64,000 nucleotides of DNA from an uncultured Acidobacteriota bacterium (GTDB lineage: Bacteria > Acidobacteriota > Terriglobia > UBA7540): contig CAWDSK010000006.1 in assembly GCA_963804995.1 (NCBI GenBank), forward strand, positions 512,001-576,000, read 5' to 3'. The translations under genes and the position numbers were made by a program. This document shows, piece by piece, positions 30,735-41,169 of this stretch. The notes under the pieces are model-generated. The model was given only the letters and a program-made list of their open reading frames with translations, ran no database searches and was not told the DNA's origin. How positions within the stretch are numbered: the stretch's first letter is position 1; each line of letters begins with the position of its first letter.

Positions 30735-31304
30735 ATGTGGTTTGATGACCGGATCAAGCAATTTCAAAACGTTGCAGCGAAGTACGTGGATACCCCAAAC
30801 GCCCACACAAAGTGGTTAACCAACCAAATATCCGCGTGGCTCTTGCGACCCTGGACCGAAATACTCCGTCAGGGTGGGACTCAGTCATTTTTGACGGAGC
30901 GCCCTGGATTTGTGACTGACTTTATCAGAGGAATAGGATGGAAGAAGCCCTGGCGCTCGGTCGTACCGTTCTGTATTTCCGCTCTCCTGCTTCTCCTGTC
31001 GGTCGCGCTTGTCATTGGCTGCTATCTATTCTTCACGCCAACGGCAGCTTACGGCGCGGCTGGTATCAGCGGGCTTCTTTACGCGCGTCGGTACGTTCAG
31101 GCCCGCGATTTCAGGAAAGAGCGCGCGCGAGTCACCCGTTTGTGGCGCAAGGTTTCCGAGTTGCACAATGAGGTCGAAAACGGCAAGTACAACGCTGGCG
31201 AAGTCATCAGACGTTTCAGAGAAGTTGAAGTTGATGACTTGCGCCTCCCATCAATTTTCGTGAGCGTCATTGCGTTGTCGGAAGTGCACCCGCCAAGCGA
31301 ATAG
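30735..31304 (+). CDS. Hypothetical membrane protein (cargo, possibly N-truncated)
   Basis: 189-aa ORF with two hydrophobic segments; no RBS evident. Confidence 0.55.
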   Translation: MWFDDRIKQFQNVAAKYVDTPNAHTKWLTNQISAWLLRPWTEILRQGGTQSFLTERPGFVTDFIRGIGWKKPWRSVVPFCISALLLLLSVALVIGCYLFFTPTAAYGAAGISGLLYARRYVQARDFRKERARVTRLWRKVSELHNEVENGKYNAGEVIRRFREVEVDDLRLPSIFVSVIALSEVHPPSE

Positions 31305-31348
31305 CGGCCCCTCAAAACCGGCGCGTCTCAGGACCATTTGGAGCAATC

Positions 31349-31799
31349 ATGACGCAACACAATAACTTCATCAAGGCCGGGTTAGGCGTCCCGATTGTCA
31401 TTCTTTCCGGATTTTGTTTGGCTTCTAAATATATTTGGTATATCCAGACATTGCTTTACCTTGTTTCCCTCTTTCCGGGTACATATTTAGTTATAGGTCC
31501 AGCACTGGTAGCAGATCGTTTAGAAACAAACCCTAATATAGTGCAACTATCCGAACACGCTGATAAAGATAAATACTTTAATCGTACAGTAATAGGCTAC
31601 TTCATTCTTATGTTTTCTGCATTTTTGTTGGCATACTCATAGGTTTATTATTTATATTGCTATAATTGCGGCTATAGTTTTGGTTATGAGTTCGGGGATG
31701 AAGGCAGATTATTACGAAAACAACTTTGAAAGGCTTGTCGAAGAATGCCTTAAAAAGCGTGCCAAAGAATACGAGATACAAAACAACGTAAGAAAGTAA
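31349..31799 (+). pseudogene. AT-rich hypothetical membrane protein, split near 31640
   Basis: 97-aa hydrophobic ORF continues in a shifted frame as FIIYIAIIAAIVLVMSSG...NVRK*. Confidence 0.5.
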
Positions 31800-31800
31800 A

Positions 31801-32000
31801 AGCGGGTAGCCACGGTCAGCGCTTTTCTGATCGTGGGCTTTTCTCAGGCGCGATACCCCAATGGCAATCGCACGTAATCAATCTGGATGGGGCACGCCGC
31901 CACCGTTGCCTTGTCCAAAGCGAAATTGTTGTAACTCGACCACCGCCAAAAGAACCCACGGTCAGGACTGGTCGCCGCGGCGACACCGTGGCTACCCCGC
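31801..32000 (-). repeat. REPIN family G, inverted copy
   Basis: Arms and spacer match the reverse complement of 28825-29001 plus 30716-30725. Confidence 0.85.
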
Positions 32001-32239
32001 TATGGAGAAGCGCGGAGCGTAGAAGGCAGTAGGCAGAAGGCGGTAGGCAGTCGTAGCGCGGACCTCCGCCCTTGGTCCGCGGCTCTTCGTGTGCCGCCGG
32101 ACCGAAATCCGAAATGGCCGCCTCTATTCGGAATTTGAAGGATCTTTAAACGAAGAACCGCAGACCCCAACGACGGGGGTCTGCGCTACAGTTGCAGGGG
32201 GGGCCGAACCCCTAACCCCCAATCCCTAACCCCTGCTCT

Positions 32240-34765
32240 TCAGTACTTCACATTCGAAAGCCGGCCCGTGGTCTCGCCGCGCAGCCACACGTAGATCGGG
32301 GCATGGGGAGAGGGTGGCGGCCAGGGAAGCTCCACTTTCAGCGTCTGCTCTTGCGGACTGCCGGGCACAGGCGTGGGAATTCCTTGCGTGGGGAAACCCG
32401 TTTTGCTATCCCAACCGGTTTTCTCGATAATCTGCAAGTCCTGGCCGGTCAGGGTTCCGGCGTAAAGCGTTCCGCTAAGTTTTTCTTCCGTCAAAGCAAA
32501 TTTCTCAATGCGTGGCAAGCGAATCACGCGGCCCAGCACGGAGGGATCTGAACTCCCCGCGCTATCGGTGGAAAGAGTTGCCGCCAATTGGCACCCCGAC
32601 TGGCCGACGACGCCGGGATCAAGCGAAAGAAACAGCCCGTCCTCCCCCGCGAAATCCAGTTGGGCAGTGCCCGTTCTGTCTCCGGGGCGGAGGGTCAGGG
32701 CCTGCTTCACAAAACCCTCGTTCGCGCAGGTAAGGCTGAGCGAGGGCCGCGCGTCGAGGTTCTGAGTCAGCAACGAAAAACTTATCGCCCCGCCCGCCGG
32801 CATTTCTCCCTTGTCCAATTGCACATCGGGTTGCTGGGCCAAGGACTGACTGATGCCGGCGATCTTCGGCCGTGGACCCGCCACCTGCAGGACATCGGGA
32901 ATCTCGAGAGGCGCTTGAATATCCACCACAGAAACTTTCGCGGCAACCAATTCACCGCGATGCGCCGCGGGCAGAAGTTTGACGGTGGCCATGCGCTCCT
33001 TCAGATCGTGAGCGTCCGGCTTCACGGCGGCAAGTTCCCACGTCGCGTCGGAACTGGTAAGGCGCGTGATGCGTTCCAAACTTGTTCCCCGCAGGGTAAC
33101 AGTCTGCTGGGTCTCACCCAGGTTCGAGCGCAGCGGCAGGCTTTCAAGCTGGGGATTGGGTGGATGGATGACCAGCGCCACGTCGTGCGCGGCCCCACTA
33201 GTCTGGGTCAGCTCCAAACGGTAGCTCCCTGCCTCCCAGGTTGAGGTGTCCACTTCGACTTCCATACTATCCTGATCGCCTTGCGCCAAACCCTTCGGCA
33301 GGGTAAAGGTAAGTTCAGCCTTCTTATCACCCGCCTTGGCAATTGCAACCTTATTAACAAACTCAAAGTCCGTGCCGCTCAGTTGGACCTTCACCAGGCC
33401 GCTTCCCTGCGCCAGATGATCCGCAGACTCCTGCGTGACTTTTGCTTTGGTGAAATCTCCCAGGGAACGCAATTCCACCTTCTCCGCCACCTGAAAAGGC
33501 TCCCAGTCCCATAGGGCAGTAAGCTTATAGTCGCCCTCTGCCAGCTTGGTTTTACTCAGGTCGAGTTCGAGCGAATCCTCTGCGGCGCCTGCTTCCACTT
33601 TCACGGGTACGTCAGCGTGTTGACTGGCAGAAACCAACTCCCAGCCGTGGGCGCGCGGCAGCAGCTTGGCATCCGCGGGCTTGGAGTAAGGGATCTTCAG
33701 GTTAGCCTTTCCGCCCAACGGCACATACACCGCTTGCGTGAGTGTCCCGGGCGGCGCGGCCGTATCGGGAAGGCGCAACATCCAGAGGTAGGCGACGCGG
33801 GTGCGCGGTTTTTCCGGCTCTTTTTTCGCACAGAGCGCCAGGCCATTCGTTTCGAAGGGTTGGGTAAAGGCCGCGCGGAAATCACTATCGGGAAACATCA
33901 AGGTGCGCAGGTTCAAGAAAAGCGCCGCGCCTCCCGCCACTAGTCCTACTGGCGAGCCAAAGAAAAGCGCGGCCACCGCGCCCGCCAGACCAGCAGACTG
34001 CTGCGCCACTCCGGAGGGAGTGGAGGTGAGCGGATCAAAAGTTTGGAGCGAAGGGAGCGTCGCCGCCAGTAGCAACGCGGCCTGCTGGTTCGGCGGCGCA
34101 TTCGGGTCAAGCTTGGGTACCGCCACGTTGTAGTCGGCTGAGAATCCTGCCAGCGCCGCGTTCAAGTTGCGGGTCGGGTCCGGCGTCTGTTGATATTCCG
34201 CCAGAGCCTCAACCAGGGCGCCCACCTTGGCCGTTTCCTCCGCATATTCGGTCAACTGAGGAATGAGATCGGGATTCTTCTCCACCATGGAGCTGACCTT
34301 CTTTACGTCCAGCCCATGCGGCCCGAAGACCACTCCCACGACGCAGGCCCGGTGCGGCACCTCCCATTCGGTGGGATCCTTGGCGGGCCGCGCTTCCAGC
34401 ACGTCGAGGTCTTCGCCCTTTTTCTCCTTGCCTTCGTTGTCCTCTTTCTGCTCCTTCGATTTCATACTCGTTGCCGGGATGAGTAACACGGCAATCTTGG
34501 CCTTGTCCTTGATGGCGGGGGGGATGTGCAAGGGCTCATACTTCAACTTTTCGCCCGGCTGGAGAATATTGAGTTCGCGCACTGGCAGCGACGGCCCACT
34601 CTTTGCCGGCTCAACTAGCAGCCGGAACCTGCTGACGTTGAGGCTTCCTGCGCAGGCGGGGCCGGTTCCAGCCAGGCACCGGGGGATAGCTGAAATTAGG
34701 ATTAGAAAAGCCGCGAGTATAAAGACTCTGCCTGCTGAGGAGGGGCGTGGGTTTGTTTTTTTCAT
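32240..34765 (-). CDS. Large secreted hypothetical protein
   Basis: ~840-aa ORF with signal peptide and beta-rich C-terminal region; no recognised domain. Confidence 0.8.
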   Translation of the reverse strand: MKKTNPRPSSAGRVFILAAFLILISAIPRCLAGTGPACAGSLNVSRFRLLVEPAKSGPSLPVRELNILQPGEKLKYEPLHIPPAIKDKAKIAVLLIPATSMKSKEQKEDNEGKEKKGEDLDVLEARPAKDPTEWEVPHRACVVGVVFGPHGLDVKKVSSMVEKNPDLIPQLTEYAEETAKVGALVEALAEYQQTPDPTRNLNAALAGFSADYNVAVPKLDPNAPPNQQAALLLAATLPSLQTFDPLTSTPSGVAQQSAGLAGAVAALFFGSPVGLVAGGAALFLNLRTLMFPDSDFRAAFTQPFETNGLALCAKKEPEKPRTRVAYLWMLRLPDTAAPPGTLTQAVYVPLGGKANLKIPYSKPADAKLLPRAHGWELVSASQHADVPVKVEAGAAEDSLELDLSKTKLAEGDYKLTALWDWEPFQVAEKVELRSLGDFTKAKVTQESADHLAQGSGLVKVQLSGTDFEFVNKVAIAKAGDKKAELTFTLPKGLAQGDQDSMEVEVDTSTWEAGSYRLELTQTSGAAHDVALVIHPPNPQLESLPLRSNLGETQQTVTLRGTSLERITRLTSSDATWELAAVKPDAHDLKERMATVKLLPAAHRGELVAAKVSVVDIQAPLEIPDVLQVAGPRPKIAGISQSLAQQPDVQLDKGEMPAGGAISFSLLTQNLDARPSLSLTCANEGFVKQALTLRPGDRTGTAQLDFAGEDGLFLSLDPGVVGQSGCQLAATLSTDSAGSSDPSVLGRVIRLPRIEKFALTEEKLSGTLYAGTLTGQDLQIIEKTGWDSKTGFPTQGIPTPVPGSPQEQTLKVELPWPPPSPHAPIYVWLRGETTGRLSNVKY

Positions 34766-35131
34766 CTCCGCTCGGTCCGATGGAGGATGGTAAGTCTCAA
34801 CAACTATTGGATGCAAGTGCGCTGAGCGGGGTGGTGCGGGCGGGAGCAATTATGAATTATGAATTATGAATTGCGAATCATGGACAACTAGATTGTGATG
34901 TTGCGTAGTTCAGAATTATTTCTGCCATTACGCAGCAAACACCGTGAGGTAGGTGATATTCAAGCGAGCGTAGCGCGGACCTCCGCCGTTGAGGTCCGCG
35001 GCTCTTCGTGTGCCATCTGAGCGAATTCAGCGTAGCAAAGCAGTTTTCAAACGAAGAGCCGCGGACCCCAGAAACGGGGGACCGCGCTACGCCGCTGATG
35101 ACCCTTTGATGCCTATTGCATAATTCAGAAC

Positions 35132-35959
35132 TCAGGGTTTCCCCGCCGCGCTCCACACGCAGCGCAGGCCGAAGTCAGGGTTTCCTACTTCGGGATACTC
35201 CGCGTGACGGTCTGACAGGCGGGTGAACTGGGCACCCCACTGATACGAACCGCCCCGCAGACCGCGCATGTTACTGCTCCACGGCCCGGCGGGATCGACG
35301 GACGGGCTGTGCGGGTAGTAGTGGTCATCGTACCCGTCGTTCACCCACTCAAACGCGTTCCCCAGCATGTCGTAAAGGCCGTATCCATTGGGACGCTTCA
35401 GGGCTACGGCGTGCGCGTGCCCACCGCTGTTGTCGTTGTACCAGGCGATTTCGTTGAGAGGGCGAACCTCGTTGCTACCGCCGCGCGCCGCGTATTCCCA
35501 CTCCGCTTCGGTGGGCAGCCGCCCTCCTGCCCACTTGCAATAAGCCGCGGCAGCGTGCCAGTTCACCTCGGTCATCGGCATGTCGTCCTTGGCCAAGTCA
35601 GGGTGGGCCTCGAGATACATGGGCATGCCGTGTCCTGACGCCGCAGCAAAGCGCTTCCATGCTGCCACGGTGACTTCTGTCTGTCCGATCCAGAAGCCCC
35701 TCGCGATCTTTACCTGATGCGCCGGCTTTTCCGGGTCGAAGCACTCGTTGTCACCAGTTGAGCAGCCCATCATGAAAATTCCAGGGGGGATCCAGACGTA
35801 CTTAAGCCCGTCCTTTGGATTCTCGCGCACTGCACCGGGGGTTGGCCCGGCCCCCGCTGATTGGGGTTCGGTCTTGAGGATTGCGGTTTGATAGATTGAA
35901 ACGCCGACGGTGAGCAACGCCGCGAGACCTATGGCAACGAGAATGTGTTTCGATTTCAT
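35132..35959 (-). CDS. FGE-sulfatase (SUMF1/PvdO-like) domain protein
   Basis: FMMG, TEVT, RLPTEAEWEYAARGG, NGYGLYDMLGNAFEW, RGGS and FGLRC motifs. Confidence 0.92.
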   Translation of the reverse strand: MKSKHILVAIGLAALLTVGVSIYQTAILKTEPQSAGAGPTPGAVRENPKDGLKYVWIPPGIFMMGCSTGDNECFDPEKPAHQVKIARGFWIGQTEVTVAAWKRFAAASGHGMPMYLEAHPDLAKDDMPMTEVNWHAAAAYCKWAGGRLPTEAEWEYAARGGSNEVRPLNEIAWYNDNSGGHAHAVALKRPNGYGLYDMLGNAFEWVNDGYDDHYYPHSPSVDPAGPWSSNMRGLRGGSYQWGAQFTRLSDRHAEYPEVGNPDFGLRCVWSAAGKP

Positions 35960-36011
35960 GCTTCCAGCTTCCGCCTGTCGGCCCCCTTGGATTCTTTGAA
36001 CCTGCGAGTGG

Positions 36012-36240
36012 CCCCTCACCCGTCCTCCTCGTTTGACTCCTGGACGAGAAATCCGAGCTATACAGAGCGCCATAAGTGTTTGCGCATTCGGCTGTAGCGG
36101 CGCTCTATGAGCGCCGACCGGCGGTCATAGACCGCCGCTACAATTTATGGCGCTGTGTATAGAACCCCCGCACCCGTCCCGCTCCGGCTGATGAAAGCGC
36201 CGGCAGCGGTCCACCCTCTCCCCCAAAGGGGCGAGGGCTA
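36012..36240. repeat. Nested REPs: GTAG doublet within an IR within a family C (ccctctccc/gggcgaggg) element
   Basis: 36094-36141 doublet flanked by IR 36058-36075 / 36145-36162. Confidence 0.7.
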
Positions 36241-36295
36241 TGAATCTGGCCGTATCGCACTGCTCGGACGGTGATTCTACATCTCGAACGAGGGA

Positions 36296-37334
36296 TCAGT
36301 CGAACGCTGACTGCAAGAACGCCGCCATGTAGAAAGCGTCGAGATACTTGAATGGCGCCTCGGCGGTGATGTAATGGCCGCAGGGCAGGACGCGGGTCTG
36401 GTGCGGCAATCCTCGGCGGGTGAATTCATCGAGGAGCTGATGCGAGTACATCGGCAAGAAGGTTAGATCGTAGGTGGCATAGATCAGCAGGGATTTCTTG
36501 GGCCAGCGCGCGAACTTGTCGACATAGGAAAAAGGGCTGATGGCTAGCCAAATGCGGCGCAGGCGATCCTGGTCGATGTCGCGCTCGATGCCCTGGCGCA
36601 CGTGGCGCGTGGATTGGCCCGTCCACACCACATCGCCAAAGGTGACGGAGAAGTGGTTGAAGACGTTCACCTCCAAGCGCGGGTCGTGCGCGCTGGTCAG
36701 GAAGGCGTAGCAGGAACCGAGGCTTGTCCCCACAATTCCAAATTCGCTTGTAGCCCTGCATTTCCAGCCAATCGAGACAAGCCCGCGCATCGATCACCGC
36801 CTGGCGCCCGGCATCGAGAGTGCGACCCAGATTCGCGGACACTGCGTAATCAGCGCGCTCGGTTTCTGCCGGCTTGCGATAGTCGTGGTAAGGCAGGCTC
36901 AGGCGCAACGCGGAGATTCCCAGGAAGTTGAAGATCCGGCACAGGGCGTTGTGGCTTTGGGCGTCGGCGTTCCACTGCGGCATCACGATCAGAGCGCGGC
37001 GGCGTCCGGCGGGAAACCAGCGGGCCCGCGCCAGGTTGTTGCCGGGGCAGGGCGTGTGGACGGGCGAAGTGAAAAGCAGAAAATCATTCTCCAGTCGAAA
37101 ATCCGAAGGGGTCTGGTAGGCGTAGAAATCGTCACTCGCCGAGACGATCTGCTGGTTCAGTTGGGTGAGGTACGCCTCGGGGTCCACGTGCGCGCAGTCG
37201 CCGGCGCCGTTCACGCCCGGCCAGCCCGCGGTCCAATCGAGTCCCCATTCGAGGGGCCGCACCACGCGGTTGGTGTCGCGCGCGTTGAGCCGCGTCTCCC
37301 AGGCGTACATCCAATCTCGGTAGCGGTCCCACAT
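36296..37334 (-). pseudogene. Alpha/beta hydrolase (ABHD18-like), frameshifted near 36748
   Basis: Two overlapping ORFs join at GY|SEFGIVGTSLGS (nucleophile elbow); PCGHY. Confidence 0.85.
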
Positions 37335-37450
37335 CAGTCTGCGGCCTCAGCTCAGAACCATCCATTATACCCAACCCGGCGTGGACGACCACTGTGGCGC
37401 TCGGCCCCGATCATCAATTTGGAAAGAACGCGCTATCGGGGCTCGGCGCC

Positions 37451-37793
37451 TTGGATTGCGGTAGCAGCAGCTACCGCTTTCTTCCTCCGCGCCTCGCCAA
37501 TTTGCCATCTGGACCGAAGGCGGAAGGCGGTAGCTGCTGCTACCGCAGTCCAAAGTGCCTTCGGCACAGCAAGAACCATCGCGGGTGGGGACGCCCGCGC
37601 TACAAATGCCGCATGGAAACTTCACGCCAATGCTTAATGCGGGTATATACTGCCCTGCCTCGGGATGCAAAAAATGGAAGAATTGGCATATGTGTATCGC
37701 GGTTCCCCCCAAGCACCCAATGGCCTTTGTAGCGCGGGTGTCCCCACCCGCGTATTCACAAGGACCAATCGCGGGTGGGGACACCCGCGCTAC
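37451..37793. repeat. REP cluster (family A' REPIN and family D gtagcgcgggtgtccccacccgcg)
   Basis: 37451-37553, 37581-37603 and 37729-37793; family D also at 43409-43472. Confidence 0.8.
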
Positions 37794-37814
37794 AACGGTG
37801 GAAGGAAGGTACCG

Positions 37815-39704
37815 ATGAGCATTAGGCGGATTTTATTTCTACTTATTCCCCTCTGCGCCCTCACGTGGGGTGCGGAATTAGCGGGGGCGTCCTTGCCGGG
37901 CAAACCCTATCGCGTCCTCGTTGTCGTGGAGCGCTGGAGCGATCCCGCCAGCGTTCTGATTGACCACGAAAAGGACGACTTCCAACCCGTCGCCGCACTG
38001 CTCAAAGCCTGGTCTGTTCCCTTTGACATTTTTCGGCTCGACCAGCAGCATCTCGACGCCACCTACTTATTCGACCGCGAGGGAAAAATTCGTTACGGAA
38101 GTGTGATTTGGCTGGCGGACTCTCCCTCTTACCAGACGCATAATCTGGCGGCGCTCGAGGACGCGGCGCATGCCGGCACCAGCCTCGTCGCGATCAGCTC
38201 CCGGTGTCTCGACCCGGTGCTCAACCGCGTGCTGGGGTTGGAGTTCAAGTCGCCCTATCGGGCCGATGAGGCGCTGCACTTCACTGAAGCCCACTTCATC
38301 ACCCGCGGGTTGGCGGGCGAGAAGATGGATCCGCGCGACGTGCTTGAGGAAAACCAAGGCCGTTTGTGGATGGGGACCGGCGGAGCGACAGTCCTGGCCG
38401 CGCAAGGGCAGCATCCCGTCCTGACCGTGAATCAGTTGGGCAAGAACGTTTCAGGAATTTGGTTGGGCCCCGCGCATGTGGGCCTGGTGCGCGCCTCCAC
38501 CTTTTGGCGGAGCCTCTTTTTCCGCGCCCTGGTGTGGAGCCTAGGCTACCTCGTCCAGCCTGACGTGGATTACTCACACCGCATTGAGATTGAGATGGAC
38601 GACTGGGGAACCTCCGACAAGGGCTACCTATCTTATTGGCATTACGTCGAACCCAGCGAGGAGACCCTGCGCGAACATTTGATCGCACCACTCGAAAAGC
38701 ATCATGCCGTGGCGTCGGCTAACGTCAATACCGGTTACGCGGACCGCAAGACGAAGCAGATCCTCTCCCCCTGGGCGCAGGATTTTACGGACGCGTATGG
38801 CCGGCATCAGGATTTTGCCTCGACCCGAAGGGGCTTGAAAGCGGCGCTGGCCGCCGGAGTATTGGAGATCCAGAGTCACGGCTGGACCCACATGCAGCCC
38901 GACTTGGAATCCCCTCCCGGCCCCTGGTGGACGGCGGATTTGGAGGGAGAAGGTTCGGCGGGCGGCTGGTACACGGAGTTTGGTGACGAGCGGCGTGGCG
39001 TCGAAAATGCCGCCATCGTCCAACTCTTTCACCTGCAACGCTCCCTGGAGTATCTCGCCAAGGACTTTGGCCAACGCCCGCTGGAATTGCGGCCCGGTGG
39101 GGGCCAGTGGTCGAAGTCGCTCGCGAATCACACCGCCTTGGTGGCCGCTCGGGCGGGGTTCGGAATCTTCCACTCGGAGCCCAACGCTTATTACTATCTG
39201 GACCGCGAATTGGCTTTGGATATGTGGGGGATTTCGCCGCACACGACGGTGGCCTTCGATGTGCCTTTCCAAACGGAACTCTGGCCACCCCATCCGGATG
39301 GCCCTTTTATGGTGGTTTTTCACGATCGGGATATCGCCTACCAGCCGGAGTTCTTTGAGCGGTTCCTGACCGCTCTGCCTGCCGGCTACCAAACCATCAG
39401 TACGAATCAGTACGTGGGCTTTCTTCACACCCGCATTGAGTCCAGCGCCGACGACGGGTGGCAGCTCAAATTCCGCTTTGATGAAGCCTACTGCCCTTAC
39501 TTTTCGAGCCATCCTTCGGCGTGGCGAGTCTGGCTCTCCGACCCCTGGCGCGAGGAACTCGGGACCCTTCAGGGATCGGTCGTCACCGTGGATGGTAAGA
39601 CCGTTCGCACGGCAGGCGCCCCAGACTTGTCTCACGAAAACCTGACGATCGATATTCCCGCGGGGCTGGGTGAGCACGTATGGAAATTAAGTCGCGCGCG
39701 GTAG
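37815..39704 (+). CDS. Secreted protein with polysaccharide deacetylase-like domain
   Basis: Signal peptide; EMDDWG, EIQSHGWTH and RPGGG motifs. Confidence 0.65.
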   Translation: MSIRRILFLLIPLCALTWGAELAGASLPGKPYRVLVVVERWSDPASVLIDHEKDDFQPVAALLKAWSVPFDIFRLDQQHLDATYLFDREGKIRYGSVIWLADSPSYQTHNLAALEDAAHAGTSLVAISSRCLDPVLNRVLGLEFKSPYRADEALHFTEAHFITRGLAGEKMDPRDVLEENQGRLWMGTGGATVLAAQGQHPVLTVNQLGKNVSGIWLGPAHVGLVRASTFWRSLFFRALVWSLGYLVQPDVDYSHRIEIEMDDWGTSDKGYLSYWHYVEPSEETLREHLIAPLEKHHAVASANVNTGYADRKTKQILSPWAQDFTDAYGRHQDFASTRRGLKAALAAGVLEIQSHGWTHMQPDLESPPGPWWTADLEGEGSAGGWYTEFGDERRGVENAAIVQLFHLQRSLEYLAKDFGQRPLELRPGGGQWSKSLANHTALVAARAGFGIFHSEPNAYYYLDRELALDMWGISPHTTVAFDVPFQTELWPPHPDGPFMVVFHDRDIAYQPEFFERFLTALPAGYQTISTNQYVGFLHTRIESSADDGWQLKFRFDEAYCPYFSSHPSAWRVWLSDPWREELGTLQGSVVTVDGKTVRTAGAPDLSHENLTIDIPAGLGEHVWKLSRAR

Positions 39705-39735
39705 TGCCCTGTAACAGAAGTGCGTCGAAGGCGCC

Positions 39736-39840
39736 TTGGAGTGCGGTCGCAGCAGCTACCGCCTTTGTTCCTCCCACGACGTGCACATTTGCCGTATGGA
39801 CCGAAGGCCGAAGGCGGTAGCTGCTGCGACCGCACTCCAA
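39736..39840. repeat. REPIN family A'
   Basis: ttggagtgcggtcgcagcagctaccgcct and its perfect inverted arm. Confidence 0.85.
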
Positions 39841-39984
39841 GACGCTGCGCGCATTTTCATTGTCAGTGGTGCACCGCAGGAGCAGGGGCGTCTGTGGGGT
39901 TCGGAAACGATCCCGCACATTTGAGACTTGGTGAGCTAAGTTATTTGTCCGGGGATGGAAGAGCCAGGATGATGGAGGTGTTCA

Positions 39985-40917
39985 ATGACCGGAAAAGAGA
40001 TGCGTCGTCGCCAATTCCTCCAAACCGCTGCGGCACTGACCGCCGGCGGGGGATTGTCCCTCTCCGCCTTTGGCCAGGTATGCCCTGCCGAGCCGGGCAC
40101 CGTTCGAGACCGGCTGTGGGTATTCTGTAATCCGATTAATGGTGATTATGAGTACGTTCGCAAACGCTCCGTGATGACACCGCTCGAGAGCGCCGTATAC
40201 CTGGGTGTGCCCAACATGATCATGGTCAATCAATACCCCGGACCCGGGCAGGAGGCATGGTACAAGCCCTGGGAGCCCCCCTTCGAAGCGTACGCTTTCC
40301 CTTTGAAAGTCGAGAAGCGCGTGGTGTGGTCCATTGTAGATGCGGGTGGAGTTACCAAAGACTGGGAGAGGAAGCAAGTCCTGGCTATGGCTCGCCGCAC
40401 CCCCAACATGGTTGGCGTCTTTATGGATGACTTTTTCACAGGCAAGCCGGGCGCGAAACCGGCGAGCTTGACGCTGGATGAACTGCAAGCTGTTAAGCGC
40501 GAGCTCAAGGGACCGGACAAGAAGCTGGACCTTTACGTCACACTCTATACCCAGATGCTAAAGCTCCCCATCGTTGAATACCTGAAGCTGATTGACGTGA
40601 TCACGCTCTGGACAGGCGAGACGGCTCAAATAGCCAATCTCGACGCAAACCTGACCAGCCTGAAGATACTGGTGCCGGAATCCCGAATACTATTGGGCTG
40701 TTATACGGCTGAGTATGATGGAAAGCGAACCCCCATGTGGCTGCCCCTCCCGGTTTCCGCCATGCAACACCAGTGCGAGGTCGGATTGCGCTGGCTCCAG
40801 GAAGGCCGCATCGAAGGGATTATCATCTACGGGAATTTCTTCGATCTGGGTTGGGAATGCGTCGAATGGGCTCGGGAATGGATCAGGAAGGTCGGGGAGA
40901 CCAAGCTCCGATCGTGA
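39985..40917 (+). CDS. Tat-exported hypothetical protein
   Basis: RRRQFLQ Tat motif; GVFMDDFF suggests a TIM-barrel hydrolase-like fold. Confidence 0.75.
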   Translation: MTGKEMRRRQFLQTAAALTAGGGLSLSAFGQVCPAEPGTVRDRLWVFCNPINGDYEYVRKRSVMTPLESAVYLGVPNMIMVNQYPGPGQEAWYKPWEPPFEAYAFPLKVEKRVVWSIVDAGGVTKDWERKQVLAMARRTPNMVGVFMDDFFTGKPGAKPASLTLDELQAVKRELKGPDKKLDLYVTLYTQMLKLPIVEYLKLIDVITLWTGETAQIANLDANLTSLKILVPESRILLGCYTAEYDGKRTPMWLPLPVSAMQHQCEVGLRWLQEGRIEGIIIYGNFFDLGWECVEWAREWIRKVGETKLRS

Positions 40918-40968
40918 ACCGGCGAAGCCTGTGCCGCCCTAGTGCGGTGTCCCGAGTTAGAGTTGAGA

Positions 40969-41105
40969 ACCCCCTCACCCCCGGCCCCCTCCCCCAAGGG
41001 GGCGAGGGGAGTGTTAATCTGATTTTATAGCCCTCGCCCCTTTGGGGGAGAGGGTGGACCGCAGCCGGCGTTTTCATCAGCCGGGGCGGGACGGGTGAGG
41101 GGGTC
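40969..41105. repeat. REPIN family C
   Basis: ccccctcacccc...gggggcgaggg / ccctcgcccc...gggtgagggggt; near-copy at 61413-61545. Confidence 0.82.
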
Positions 41106-41169
41106 GGACAGCCTTGTCAAATATTTACCGGGACACCACACTAGTCGAGCGCCCAGTTCACAAAATTCC

